Below are positions 12,769 to 24,373 of a DNA stretch of 64,000 nt, piece by piece. The notes under the pieces are model-generated. The model did no database searches and was not told where the DNA came from. It saw nothing but the letters and a program-made list of their open reading frames with translations. The stretch lies in assembly GCF_036321535.1 (NCBI RefSeq), contig NC_087436.1:19346001-19410000 (forward strand). Direction: 5' to 3'. Origin of the DNA: Camelus dromedarius (lineage: Eukaryota). Position 1 is the stretch's first letter. Each line of letters begins with the position of its first letter. Made by a program: the position numbers and the translations under genes.

Positions 12769-14883
12769 TATTCCCATTAGCTTTTGTAAGAAGTCACAGG
12801 AGCTTACAGCAAATAAATGCTTCAATTCTCTCATTTGGGCGGAGGCAGGCCAGACTGGCCGGACACTAATTAACTCCAGGCTCCCAGACAACGAAGTAAG
12901 AGCCAGGCAGTCTACTCCCTGCACCTGCACTGCTCATCATCAACCATCAAGTTACTGCAATGTCTCATTTTAAAAAAGTTAAAACTGGTATCATTCTCAG
13001 TGTATTGTCGGTTAACTTAAGGGAAAAAATTAAAGTATTACTTCATTTTTAATAATCCTGTGAGTCAGACTTTTCTTCATATTGAGCCGAGCCTGGCCGT
13101 AAACGTTCCGAGGAAAAGCCCGTTTGTGAATGGGTGGTTTCCTCATGTGGCCCTAACGGTGCGTAAGACACTGAATTTTAGTCAGAGAGGATTCAATTTG
13201 CATCCCCTAATGGTTTAGTTACAGTCATGCCTCAAGGCATAGGAATAGACTGGATTTTGTATCACTTTATTTTTCTGACTCATGAGGGGGAAGGTAGACT
13301 GAAACAGCTTCTGATTTGGAAAAGAGAGAGGTCCTACCTGTTTTCCCTTACCCTCAAGTGCTTTTCGTTTTTCCCCCTCCTAAATGTCACTCTCCCTGAA
13401 AAGAAGATACTCGTAGCCTTAAATTCCTTAATTTATCACTAACATTTTCTTTACAGAAGCAGTGGATAGAAAACCACCAGATTATCCAGTCGGGAGGACA
13501 GTCAGCAATATAGATACTCTTCTTGTGTCAGGAGACCCCCTTCACGGCGCCCCTAGCATGGGTTCCAACTTTATAAGTCAGTGAACGTTTTCCATTAAAA
13601 AGTCATCTCCTTCTCAGTAAAACTCATACTAAGCCATCTCAGAATTATTAGTCTCAAATTCTAAGCCAACCAAATCAAGAATCTTCAGTAATTTTTTAAA
13701 AAATTTACTAGTTTGCCTCGATTATGTAATTTGTGGAACACTCATCTTCTTAAAGAGAAATCAATCTGGTGCTTCCTTCCGGCTATGTAGAGGGATGGGG
13801 GTGCTCCCAAGGGTGAACTCCAGGGAAAGCATTTGTTACGCTTCCCTTTTAGATGGCGCAAACTCATTTGCCCTTACTGACAGGAGGCTGGCAAGAACTT
13901 CCCTCCGCCCGTTGCTAAAGGCCCCCTCTGCATAAGTTGACTATATCAAAGTCCCTAGGGTCCTGGGGCCACTACATATGCAGCAGCCGCAAAGCCAGCA
14001 TCAGAATGACTGAATGATGGGCCCTCAGAGCTCTGCCCGTTGTGGGCAGGAGCCCTGGCTTCGCTCTTCAGTGCCCTCCCAGCCTCCTCCCCTCTGTCTG
14101 CTCCAGAATCCACTAGAGGAAATCTCATCATATTCCCCACCTCTATCCACTTCAGCAACCTCAAGGAAGCCAAGACCCCCAGATCATGCTGCTTCACTCC
14201 AACACTCACTCCCTAAGGCTCTGTTAGTCCCGTAACACTCTCCCATCTGAGTACCAGCCAGGCCCCACCCTTCTTAGCTTCCTAGATCAGACAAGATTGG
14301 GCACGTTCAGGGTGGTGTGCCCGAAGACAGTCCTGTAATAATCTGACCCAGTCTTTCTTCCCTCTGCTGTCACAGTCACTTTTGTTGTCACCTCCAGAAT
14401 TTGAATTTGTAATCAACAAAATCTCCTATATCCTTGATCTCAATTTGCTTCAACTCGAACCCAGCTCTCCCGTGAGGACACTACTTCCTCCAAAGTCCCC
14501 CCAGGCAGCGACTTTCCCACATCTGGGCCCAGAAGTGGTAGCTGTTCTACAGGTCCTTTGTTGGCACTTTCAGACCTTGCTTTTTCCTCTTCCCTCACCC
14601 TACCAGCTCCTTGGAAGTTCATGCCTTTTGTCAATTTCTCCACCAAGTTGCAGTCACCTAACAGCTCTCCAGGTGACTCTCCATCAGTCCTTTGAGACTT
14701 TAGCCCTTACCTCACTGTCGACCTCTCCAGTCATCTCATTATCACTGAGATGATCCTTGCATTAGCATGAGTTCTCAGGCCCTTGACTATCTCTCTCGAA
14801 GGACCTTGTCCCACACACTACCCAGCTACCAACTTTCAAGGTCCTCTAGACTTCATCACCACCTTTCCTACCTTTCTCATTTT

Positions 14884-14987
14884 CCTTCTTGCTTGCTTTC
14901 TTTCTTTTAATGAAGGTGCTGGGGATTGAACCCAGGACCTCATGCATGTTAAGCACGCACTCTACCACTGAGCTATACCCTCCCCCA
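14884..14987 (-). mobile_element. tRNA-Ala-derived camelid SINE, short form
   Basis: tRNA head only, no cctaattacc block; perfect 14-bp TSD acctttctcatttt (14870-14883, 14988-15001). Confidence 0.92.
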
Positions 14988-15767
14988 ACCTTTCTCATTT
15001 TCAAGCACTTTTCACTCCAACCACATTTCACTCCCTCTAATATCCTGACACCAGTGATTTCCCCAACCCCACCAGAACCTCCAGATCCATTGTTTCAGCC
15101 ACCTTGTCACTCAGTCTTACCCCCTCATGTCTTTACTTCCCTTATGACATAGTTTAGACTCAATTATCCTTCATTAAAATTATCACTTAGGCATACCTTC
15201 AAATCTCTTGCTTTTCTTTCTTCAAGTAGTGGTTCTGTGGAAAATGCCCACTTGGTTAAATCCAACCCTTCCCCTCCACTGCTGGTCTCGCTGCAAATTC
15301 ATCACTGCTCTCTGAGTGCACACTTAGTACTGCTCTGTGACCTCACCTCACTTCCCCAGTCCAATCACTCTTAGTCCTCCCAGATCGCTGCTTCTCACTC
15401 TTTCCTCTCTCCTTCCCCTGCCCTTCCTCAGCTCTCAGTTAATGACCTTGATTCTATTTCATTGAGAAAATAGAAACAGTCAGAAGGTATTTTCTCTTTG
15501 CTTCTACAACCAGGTATACGAAATCAGCTGTACCAGTGTCCCCCTATTTTGCTTCCACTCTTGTTGTGAGGAAACCAAAACAAAAATATTAGTTTATATT
15601 TATTTATTCTATTTAAGGCCAATCCCCAATCCCATTTCCATTGCTTCTTTCATTCAAGGATCTTACTCTCTTCTAGTGGTCTTTTCCCCTCTTTACTGCA
15701 TTATTCCATCAGCATATAAACATGCAGGAATATTATCCAAGTTAAATTTTTAAAAAATCTCTTAAGT

Positions 15768-15910
15768 GAGCTCAGTGGTAGAGTACATGCCTAGCATGTG
15801 CAAGGTCCTGGGTTCAATCCCTAGTGCCTCCGTTTTAAAAAAAATTAACAAATAAATAAACCTCAAATTAGCTTCCCCCATTAAAAAATATGTTTTGTTC
15901 TAAATATTTT
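15768..15910 (+). mobile_element. tRNA-Ala-derived camelid SINE (Vic-1-like)
   Basis: gagctcagtggtagagtacatgcctagcatgtgcaaggtcctgggttcaatccc, aataaataaa, C-run, mixed A/T tail. Confidence 0.9.
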
Positions 15911-16149
15911 TTTAAAAATGTCTTGATCCCACATCTCCATTCACCTATAGGCTCATTCTTTTCTCATCACTTTCTGATATTATCATTTGATATTCCCACT
16001 CCATACACTCAGTAAATACCTGTCGATTGACATGAACCATCAAAGTGCTGCAAATACAGGAAATGCCTTTATTCCCTTACTTTAATGAAACCTTCCCCAG
16101 AAATACATACCAACTATGACAGGCGCTATCAGGGTCAACATTTCAAAGA

Positions 16150-17040
16150 ATTATTTAGTCAAAATCCAGCAAATACATATTGAGCACCTACTATGTGCCA
16201 GACATTGTTCTAGGTGCCAGAGATATAATAACAAAGCAAAACAAAATCTTCTGTCCCCATGGATCTTCTAGAAGAGGACACTGAATAAACAAAACAAATA
16301 AGTAAAAAATTCAGCATGCAAGATAATGTTACATGCTAAAAACAAAAGATAAATTAATGAAAAGAGATACAAAATATCAGGAGTTGAGGAAATAGAAATT
16401 TTAAATCAGGTGGCCAGGGAATGCCCCAAAGAGAAGGTAAGTTTTTGAAGGATGTGAGAGAAAGCACAGGCAAAGACCTTGACAGCATAAATTGCATGTT
16501 CTGGGACCAGTGAGGAAGCTGGTCTGGCTGCTGCAAAGAGTAGAGGATGCAGGTGGGAGAGGTGAAGGGGACAGCTTCTGTAGGGCTTCGTAGGTAATAG
16601 TGAGGCAAGTGGTTCCTCAAGCTAAGTGATGGGAAGCCGTGCGAAAGTTTTGAGCAGCTAAATGATATTACTTGCCTTAAGTTTTTCAAGATAGCTCTTG
16701 GCCGCTGTGCTGAGAATAACCTGCAGAGGTAAGAGCAGAAGAGAACAAGGTTTTTTAATAATCCAGATGAGAGATGAGTGGTTTGGGCCAGAGAGATGGT
16801 AAAGCAGGTGGTAAAAAGTGGTCTTAGTCAGAATTTATTTTAAAGGTAGAGCTACCAGGTTTTGCAGATGGACTTGTGTGGATCGTTAGGGAAATAAAGG
16901 AGACAAGGATGACACCAAGGTGACTGGCTTGAGCAAGTTGGGAGGGACTTGCCACAAGCTGAGGTGGTAACGGCTGCAAAAGAAGGTGACTTTGGAGGGG
17001 ATTTCAGAAACTCAGTTTTCAGTATGTTCAATTAAAATGT
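16150..17040 (-). mobile_element. L2a 3' region
   Basis: attgagcacctactatgtgccagacattgttctaggtg...tgatgggaagccg...ggagacaaggatgacaccaagg. Confidence 0.85.
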
Positions 17041-17054
17041 CAAGTACCTTGTAT

Positions 17055-17494
17055 AAAATGGAGAAGACAGTCTCTTCAATAAGTGGTGCTGGGAAAACTG
17101 GACAGCTACTTGTAAAACACGGAAATTAGAACATTCTCTAACACCATATACAGAAATTAACTCAAAATGGATTAAAGACCTAAATGTAAGACCAGATACT
17201 ATAAAACTCCTAGAGGAAAACACAGGCAGAACACTCTTGGACATAAATTACAGCAATATATTTTTTGAACCAGCTCCTAGAGTAATGGAAATAAAAGCAA
17301 AAATAAACAAATGGGTTCCAATTAAATATAAGGGCTTTTGCACAGCTAAGGATACCATCAACAAAATGAAGAGACAACCTGCAGAATGGGAGAAAATATT
17401 TGCAAATGATGTGACTGACAAGGGATTAATTTCCAAAATATGCAAACAGCTCATACATTTTAATATCAAAAAGCCAAGCAACTCAATCAAAAAA
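17055..17494 (+). mobile_element. L1 ORF2 internal fragment (degenerate)
   Basis: cagtctcttcaataagtggtgctgggaaaactgg; ORF 17237-17530 reads [10 protein letters not shown]...[36 protein letters not shown]1 ORF2 C-terminal region. Confidence 0.92.
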
Positions 17495-17799
17495 TTCTAT
17501 TCTAGAATATCCTCCAATATTCTAGAATGAATCACACTTAAGAAAGAAGTAGGTACGCCTCACTGTCTACCTAACAGTGGGAAAAAGTGGAGATTTCTGG
17601 TCCTTTGTTGTAATTCTTAATAAAGAGAAGAAATAGTAATTTTCTTCAAAAAATTTCCTGGAGTTTAGTTCATAAACTCTAGCCTTTGAATCTCTCACAA
17701 ATTTTAAAATAATAACTTGGCCATCAAATGCCTAGCCAAGATGCTGTATCCAAGAGAAACTAGAAAATAGTAATTTTTCCCAGGGCTAATATTATTAAA

Positions 17800-17927
17800 T
17801 TTTGGTTTGTTTGTTTGTTTGGGTAGGGGGAGATCATTAGGTTTCTTTATTTATTTATAATTTTTTAATTTAACAGAAGTACTGGGCTCGAACCCATGAC
17901 CTCATGCATGCTAAGCATACCCTTCCC
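17800..17927 (-). mobile_element. tRNA-Ala-derived camelid SINE with internal deletion
   Basis: gtactgggctcgaacccatgacctcatgcatgctaagcatacccttccc; the ctctaccactgagc (A-box) segment is missing. Confidence 0.8.
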
Positions 17928-19009
17928 AGTGTTAACTAACTTTTGACTGTATTTAGCCAAATAGGAGACGTGGGTCAAGACAATCATATGACATTTGTAA
18001 TGTGCAAGTAATTCCCAAGCAGAGCAACTTCATGTGAGAGCTGCCGATTTTTTTCTTTATAAGACTGATTTTATTATAAAGCAGTTGTGTTTTTTTTTTT
18101 GCCTCAGAAGATTGTTTAATCAAGATGTAACTGTATTACCATTAAAGAAGAGTTTCAATCATTTAAATACAACCAGCACATCAGTATGTACCTGAAATAT
18201 TTTCCTAAAAATTTAACGATGTCTCCTTATTACTAGCAACCACTTAACAACCCTTAACTACTCAGCTCAATCAATTAAATTAATCCCATGAAATAAAATG
18301 TGCAATAGAGATGATATCTGAAATCATTTTTATTCATGGTTAGAGACTATGAAGATTCTTTTGACAAGCCCTTAAAAATCTTGTGGGTGATGTCGAAAAC
18401 TCCAATGTACACGTGTGCTGATTCAGTGTGGAGGGGAGAGCCTCCTGGTTTGATAAGAAGCAGTTCTACCCAGAGAGCAGAGAACAAACCCCCAAGCTAT
18501 GCAGAGGCTGCTGGAGCTTTCACAGGCTCATTACCGGAATTTTCTAATGCTGAGCAACTGAGGGGTATGAATATGCAAAGCTCATAGACTCTGATCAGCA
18601 TCTGCCTCTTTCAGCCTCTCCTCCTTCTCAAAAGGAAGTCGCTGTGCCCCTGGCTTCCTAAGCTCTGTGTTCTGAATCCCCAAAGCAAGCAGGAGGGAGA
18701 CGAGAGGGGGTGGGGGGTTTGTTTGTTTGTTTTTATAGCAAGAACTGAATTTCCCTTTTACAGAGCATGTGTTTTCAGATAAGTATCAGGATGCAGCCAG
18801 CGATTTCTCGTGGATTTAGTGTACATGGTTGTCCCAGAGGCAAAATAAGAGAAATCTTATTGGCTGAACATCCTGAACTGTCTTGAGTGGTCTGAGAGTT
18901 CTTGCAGTTTCTGTCTCTTTCTCTGTTTCTGATATTTTTCAATCCAAAAAAACATAGCAAATGCATCATCATGTGCACTTTATATATTTCCATAATTGTC
19001 TTTATGTTC

Positions 19010-19152
19010 AAGTTTTTATTTATTTTGTTTGCTTTTTGTTTTTGTATTGGGGGGGTAATTAGGTTTATCTGTTTATTTTAGGAAATACTAGGACTGAACC
19101 CAGGACTTTGTGCATGTTAAGCATGTGCTCTACTACTGAGCTATACCCTCTT
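19010..19152 (-). mobile_element. tRNA-Ala-derived camelid SINE (Vic-1-like)
   Basis: gggggtaattaggttt...gaacccaggactttgtgcatgttaagcatgtgctctactactgagctataccc. Confidence 0.9.
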
Positions 19153-20565
19153 CTTATGCTCGTTTTTTTTTTTTTTGTAAGTTCCAGTTCTTTCAGAGAA
19201 TTAGTGCTTGTTTGTCTATCTTTTAAAAAAAAATAATTTTGAATAAGGATGATTAATCTAAAAAGGGAGATCTCTTAAATCTACCAGCATCCTTTACATT
19301 TTTCCTTGTGGCAGATAAACTGCCTTCTCTCCATCACACCCAATCTGTGACTGCCTTCCCTTCCCTTCCCTACGCTGAGCAGCAACCAAACTATCTTGGG
19401 CCAACACCACCACCTACTGGTCATGGTGGTAAACTGTCTAATGAAATGGCTTTAGCGTAGGCACAAGCCATACTTAAAACTCAGTAAGTTGTTTTGGAAG
19501 TTTTTCTTCAATTGCAAAGTACATTCATACACGCTATCTCAGCCTTCAAACGAAGCCCGAACCCCACTCACTGTTTTAAATCACATCCCCACACAGCTCT
19601 GTCCATCCTTTTATGTGACCCAGTCTCACACTCTCCAACAACACAAGCTCTTCACTGTGCCCTTTGGAACGCATTGTCTGTCATCAGCAAGATTTCCTAC
19701 GTCCTCACATTCTTCTCCATATTACTCCCACCTCTTTATTCTGAATGAAACCTGTTCTTCCTACTGCATTGCCAATTCCATCTGGGCCCCCTTTGCTTCT
19801 CCCTAAACATTCTTGCTTCCCTCGAAGCTCAGCCGCTGGTCATCCACTTCACCATGTGTCAATCATCTACAAACGTCATACTCATGTCTCATCATTCTTG
19901 AATGCTCTCATGCACGACCACTGTCACTCTCTCAAACAGCACTGTTTTCATAATCCTTGGTGATTTCAAAATCATTGGAAAGATCATTACAAGAGTCTCA
20001 CTTCAGGCTCTTGATGTCCTCTCCTCCCCTGATCTGTCTCCATATCACTCCAGCCACCTGCTCCATGGTCATGCCCTAGACATTATCACTGCCAGCAACT
20101 GCACCCCCAGCATATTTAGTTTCAGACATCATGCACTCCCACCTCTACATCCCATCGTTCATCTCACTCTAATTATTACTCTTTTAGCCCTAGAAGAAAT
20201 ACCTATCGTTTGTCCCTCCCCTCCCCATGTCCTCATTTACCTCTTTCTTCAGTGAAGACTCAGTGGCTAAACATGGTGCTCAATCCTTTGCATACATCCC
20301 AATCTCCTTGCCCTTCTCTCCCATCATGAAATTTACTTGCTCTTAGTTCAACCAAAACTTCCTCCTACTCTTTCCTGTCCCTGAACTGTTGAAGGAGGCT
20401 GAAAGAAAACACACTTTAATTCCTTACTGTTAATCTCAGGTTGGCCCTTACTGTTGCCAGGAAATGTGATTGCCTTTGACTTGTCCCTTTTCTCTCTTAT
20501 TCTCCCAGGCAACTGTTTCTCAACTTTCTTTTCTCCTCAAATCTACAGCACTTCATCTTTTATTC

Positions 20566-20810
20566 AATTTTTTTGAAGTATTGACAGATAATTGGATAAA
20601 GAAGTGTGGGATATATATATATATATATGAATATTACTCAGCCATAAAAAAGAATAAAATAATGCCATTTGCAGCAACATGGATGGACCTAGAGATTGTC
20701 ATAGTAAGTGAAGTAAGCCAGAAAGAGAAAGAAAAATATCATATGTATCACTTGCATGTGGAATTTTTTTAAGTGACACAAATAAACTTATTTATAAAAC
20801 AGAAACTGAC
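20566..20810 (+). mobile_element. L1 3' fragment with inversion
   Basis: Reverse-strand extreme tail ttttttgaagta joined to forward L1 (gataaagaag...aaacagaaactgac); TSD tcatc(t/c)tttattc at 20553-20565 and 20811-20823. Confidence 0.8.
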
Positions 20811-22460
20811 TCATCCTTTATTCTTATTCTTACTTTTAATAACCTTGCTCTTCTTTTTACTAAAAAAATAGAGGCAATTGGAGGGAACTTCTACATGCTC
20901 CCACCACCAGATCCACAAACTTTCCTCTCTCTTTGCCAGCCTCCTGCCTTCCCTTCTGTTACAGTGAATAAATTCTCTCTGCCCCAAGGACAATGCCTCC
21001 GAGTATAACAAGGCTCCTCTTCCACTCAAGAGCATCCTCCCTGAAGTCACTTGTCTTCTCTGCACTGTTGAACTTTCCCTCTCTAACTGGGTCCCTTTCA
21101 TCTTTAAAAGTAAAGCCCAACCTTAACGACACACGCACCGCCAGATACCACCCCATTTCTCTGCTCCCCTTCTGAGCAAAAATCTTCAGAACAGTGAGCT
21201 ACCTTTGCTGTCTGCCTTTCTTCTGATATTTCCTGAGCCAATTCCACTTGCATGTCCTACCTCTCAAATACTAACCATGATTGCTCTGTTGCTAAGCTAA
21301 TGGTTATTTTCCACATCATCTCCATTGTCAGCATTTGTGTCAGTTGATCACTTCCTCCTTAAAATGTTCCCTTTGCTTGACTCTTTTTGTCTTCTTGTTT
21401 CTCTGGTTGTTCTCCCTGTCATATCCTTGCTGGTTCCTCTTCATATTCCTGACTGCAAACTTGAGAGTGATAAGTGTTCCCTCCTCAGATTTCCTCTTCA
21501 TCATTCACTCTTCACGTGATGCCACTCTTCCTCTAATTTAAATGCCAACTATCCATACATAACTTAAAATTTCTATCCATAGCTCACACCTGTCCTTTGA
21601 ATTCTAGGTTCCTATAATCAACTTCCTACCTGGCATCATCACATGAAAGCTTAAACAGACATCTCAGAAAGAACACATCACCAACTGAACTCACGGTCTC
21701 ACCCTCCCAACTGTGTTCCTCTCTCTGGGTTTGCTCATAACAGGAAATGGTAACTTGATTCTCTTAGTTCCTTGAGCCCAACATCTTCAGTCATCCTGGA
21801 CTCTTTTTTCAATTTTGTTATGGATATTTTTAACATACTCAAAAGTAGAGGAAACTGTGACTCCATTTTTTTTCCCCACTCACACTCTATAGCTAATCCA
21901 TCAACAAATGCTATTTGTTTTACCTTCAAAGAATATACAGACCAGTTCTTAGCATCCCCACTGTTAGTATCCTCCTGATCTGTAATTAGTACTACATGAG
22001 ACCCTTAACTGTTCTACTAACTTCTGCCCTTGACTCTACTCTGCTCCAAGCCCTCTTCTCATCTCTCCAGAGGAAATGCCAAAGGTTTTAGGATGGGTGT
22101 GCCCTACCCACTACCACAGGTCTTATCACCTTCCAGCTCATGCCTTCTGCCCCCAGGCTGGTCTGCTATCTCCTCTAACTCACTGCCTCTGCTCTGACCT
22201 CAGGACCTTTGTACTTCTATTTCTGTGCATGGAATACCATTCCTTTACATTCTTCAAGTCTCTGCTCAAATGCAACCTTGTCAACAAATCTTTCCCTGGC
22301 CACTCTACATAGTAGTATCTTTCTTTATTCCCCACCATCACTTATATCCCTTATTTTATTTTATTTTTCTTCATGTTTCTTACCTCCACTGACAATAATA
22401 ATTTGTTTTACATTTCTTCCCATTAGAATATAAACTCCATGAGAGTAGGGACTTTGTTTT

Positions 22461-22673
22461 TCGTTTGTTTTGTTTTGTTTTGTTTTACTTTTTTATTTTG
22501 TTATTTTTTAACTGAAGTATAGTCAGTTATAATGTGTCAATTTCTGGTGTGCAGCATAATGTTTCCATCATACATATACATACATATATTCATTTTCATA
22601 GTCTTTTTCATTCTAAGTTACTACGAGACATTGAATATAGTTCCCTGTGCGATGCAGTAGAGACTTGCTGTTC
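22461..22673 (-). mobile_element. Short L1 3' end inserted in L2 tail
   Basis: ctgaagtatagtcagttataatgtgtcaatttctggtg; perfect 14-bp TSD agggactttgtttt (22447-22460, 22674-22687). Confidence 0.9.
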
Positions 22674-23571
22674 AGGGACTTTGTTTTATGTATCATTTCT
22701 GATCTAGTGTTTTGAGCAGTGCTCAATGAATAAAAGGAACCAAATAAGTATTTGCCTTACAAATCTCCCTTTTTCTGTCTCTAACCCTTGCATTTCCATC
22801 TCTCCTTTCTTGGTCTTCTGTCTTTCAACTGCTTTTCTTAATATTTCTGAGTTCTAAAGCAACTTGATCTAGGGCCAAAAAAATCATCTTCAGGACCCAG
22901 GTACAGAATAAATGTGTGAAGCCCCTGAAACTAGAAATATAGGGGTGGTGGAGTGTGTCTGTCCCACCCCAAACTAGTCAAACTCCAGTTTTGAAAGGTT
23001 AAACAAAACAGATCTGAGGCGGCTTTGGCCAGAAGGCCATGTGTTTGCCATCCCTCCCCGGACAGCACTATGCAGCTCCTGTATTAAGGAAGATTTCACT
23101 AGCTTTGAAGTTAAATTTGACAAAATACAAACACACAGTAGTCACTTTCAGAATTTCCTCGCATTTCTCCCTAACACTTCATCCTCTTTAAATTAAACCT
23201 ACTTCTCCTTAGGTTCTAGCATTTGAAGTATTTTCATGATTTCTGTGCATTGTGACTAATATTACTAAATTATTTTTCTACTGTTTTCCATATGAACGTT
23301 AGTATTTCGTACATCACATTTTGTAGACCTTTTATACGGCCTCCCAACTGTATAGTGACCTTTCCTGTGGGAAGCAAGTGGGATTAGTGATCCGTGGTCA
23401 GTGTCTAGTTTCCTAAGCAAAGTAGATTGGAACCTGTGTGCTTCTTTCCAGAAGATAGATCATAAGGAAAGAAAATGAGTCATGTCTGAAAATCCTCTGC
23501 TTAAAGCTCCTTTATGTAAAAACCTTGCTCATTTCCTTCCTTGTTTCTATTTAAAAAAAAAAAAAAGGACC

Positions 23572-23745
23572 GACCTACCATATAGCACAGGGAACCATAT
23601 TCAATTTCTTGTAATAACATATAATGGAAAAGAATCTGAAAAGAAAATATATCTATGTATGTATATGTATAACTGAATCACTTTGCTGTACAACTGAAAC
23701 TAACATTGTAAATCAACTACACTTTCAGAAATTTTTTTTTTTTAA
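23572..23745 (+). mobile_element. Short L1 3' end
   Basis: tatagcacagggaaccatattcaatttcttgtaataac...aaatcaactacacttt. Confidence 0.85.
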
Positions 23746-24273
23746 TAGGGAACCACTTCCCTGTGGTGTCCCCAGACACGGTAAGAGAGCTGTGTTGGAT
23801 GTTCACACAGGGCCAAGATTTCTGTCCTAATTAACTACTAAGATGAGTCAGAACCTAAGCCCTGTTCCTGCCTGTTCACCTCCTCTCTCCAAATCATCAC
23901 CCAGAGATGCAAACCAGTCATGAATCACCCTCTATTGTTCTGTCAAAGGCGGAGTCCTCCGTGGGCCGTTTCCACAGGGCAAGATTCCATCATCAGGCTG
24001 AGGGGGGGGTCAGGATTATCTGCTTACTCCTCAGCATTTGACGGAGAATAAAGTTCAGAGCTTTGTCCAGTCTTTTCTGTTTCAGTGAAATCTTTAAAAA
24101 CCATGCACATTCCACTCTGCCTACTTCTCTCTGGCCCACTTCCTAAACACCTGTGTTTGCATTTCAGCCTCTGATTTTTAACACTGTTCATTGGAAAATA
24201 TGTCCCAAGCAACTAGCTAGTGAATGAACCTTTGAAATACAATCCAGGTAGAAATTGGAAATATTGCTTCTTC

Positions 24274-24373
24274 ATTTTCTTTTAACTGAAGTACAGTCAG
24301 TTACAATGTGTCAATTTCTGGTGTACAGCATAACGTCCCAGTCATGCATATACATACATATATTCATTTTCAA
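24274..24373 (-). mobile_element. ~100-bp L1 3' tail
   Basis: ctgaagtacagtcagttacaatgtgtcaatttctggtgtacagc; approximate TSD ggaaatattgcttcttc / ggaatatgcttcttc. Confidence 0.85.

Larger units (their letters stand above)
14560..15965 (+). mobile_element. Degenerate L2 ORF2-region fragment (interrupted by two SINEs)
   Basis: Pyrimidine-rich L2 motifs such as ctagacttcatcacc, gaccttgattctatttcattgagaaaatagaa, ttccatcagcatataaacatgc. Confidence 0.6.
19700..22735 (+). mobile_element. Long L2 relic (endonuclease region through 3' end), interrupted by two L1 pieces
   Basis: ORF 19902-20255 shows APE motifs IILGDF and HGHALDII; 3' end aactccatgagagtagggactttgt...gtgctcaatgaataaa. Confidence 0.75.

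Noticed and set aside
17237..17530. Protein-coding gene
   Set aside because: Fragment of L1 ORF2 in a truncated, mutated element
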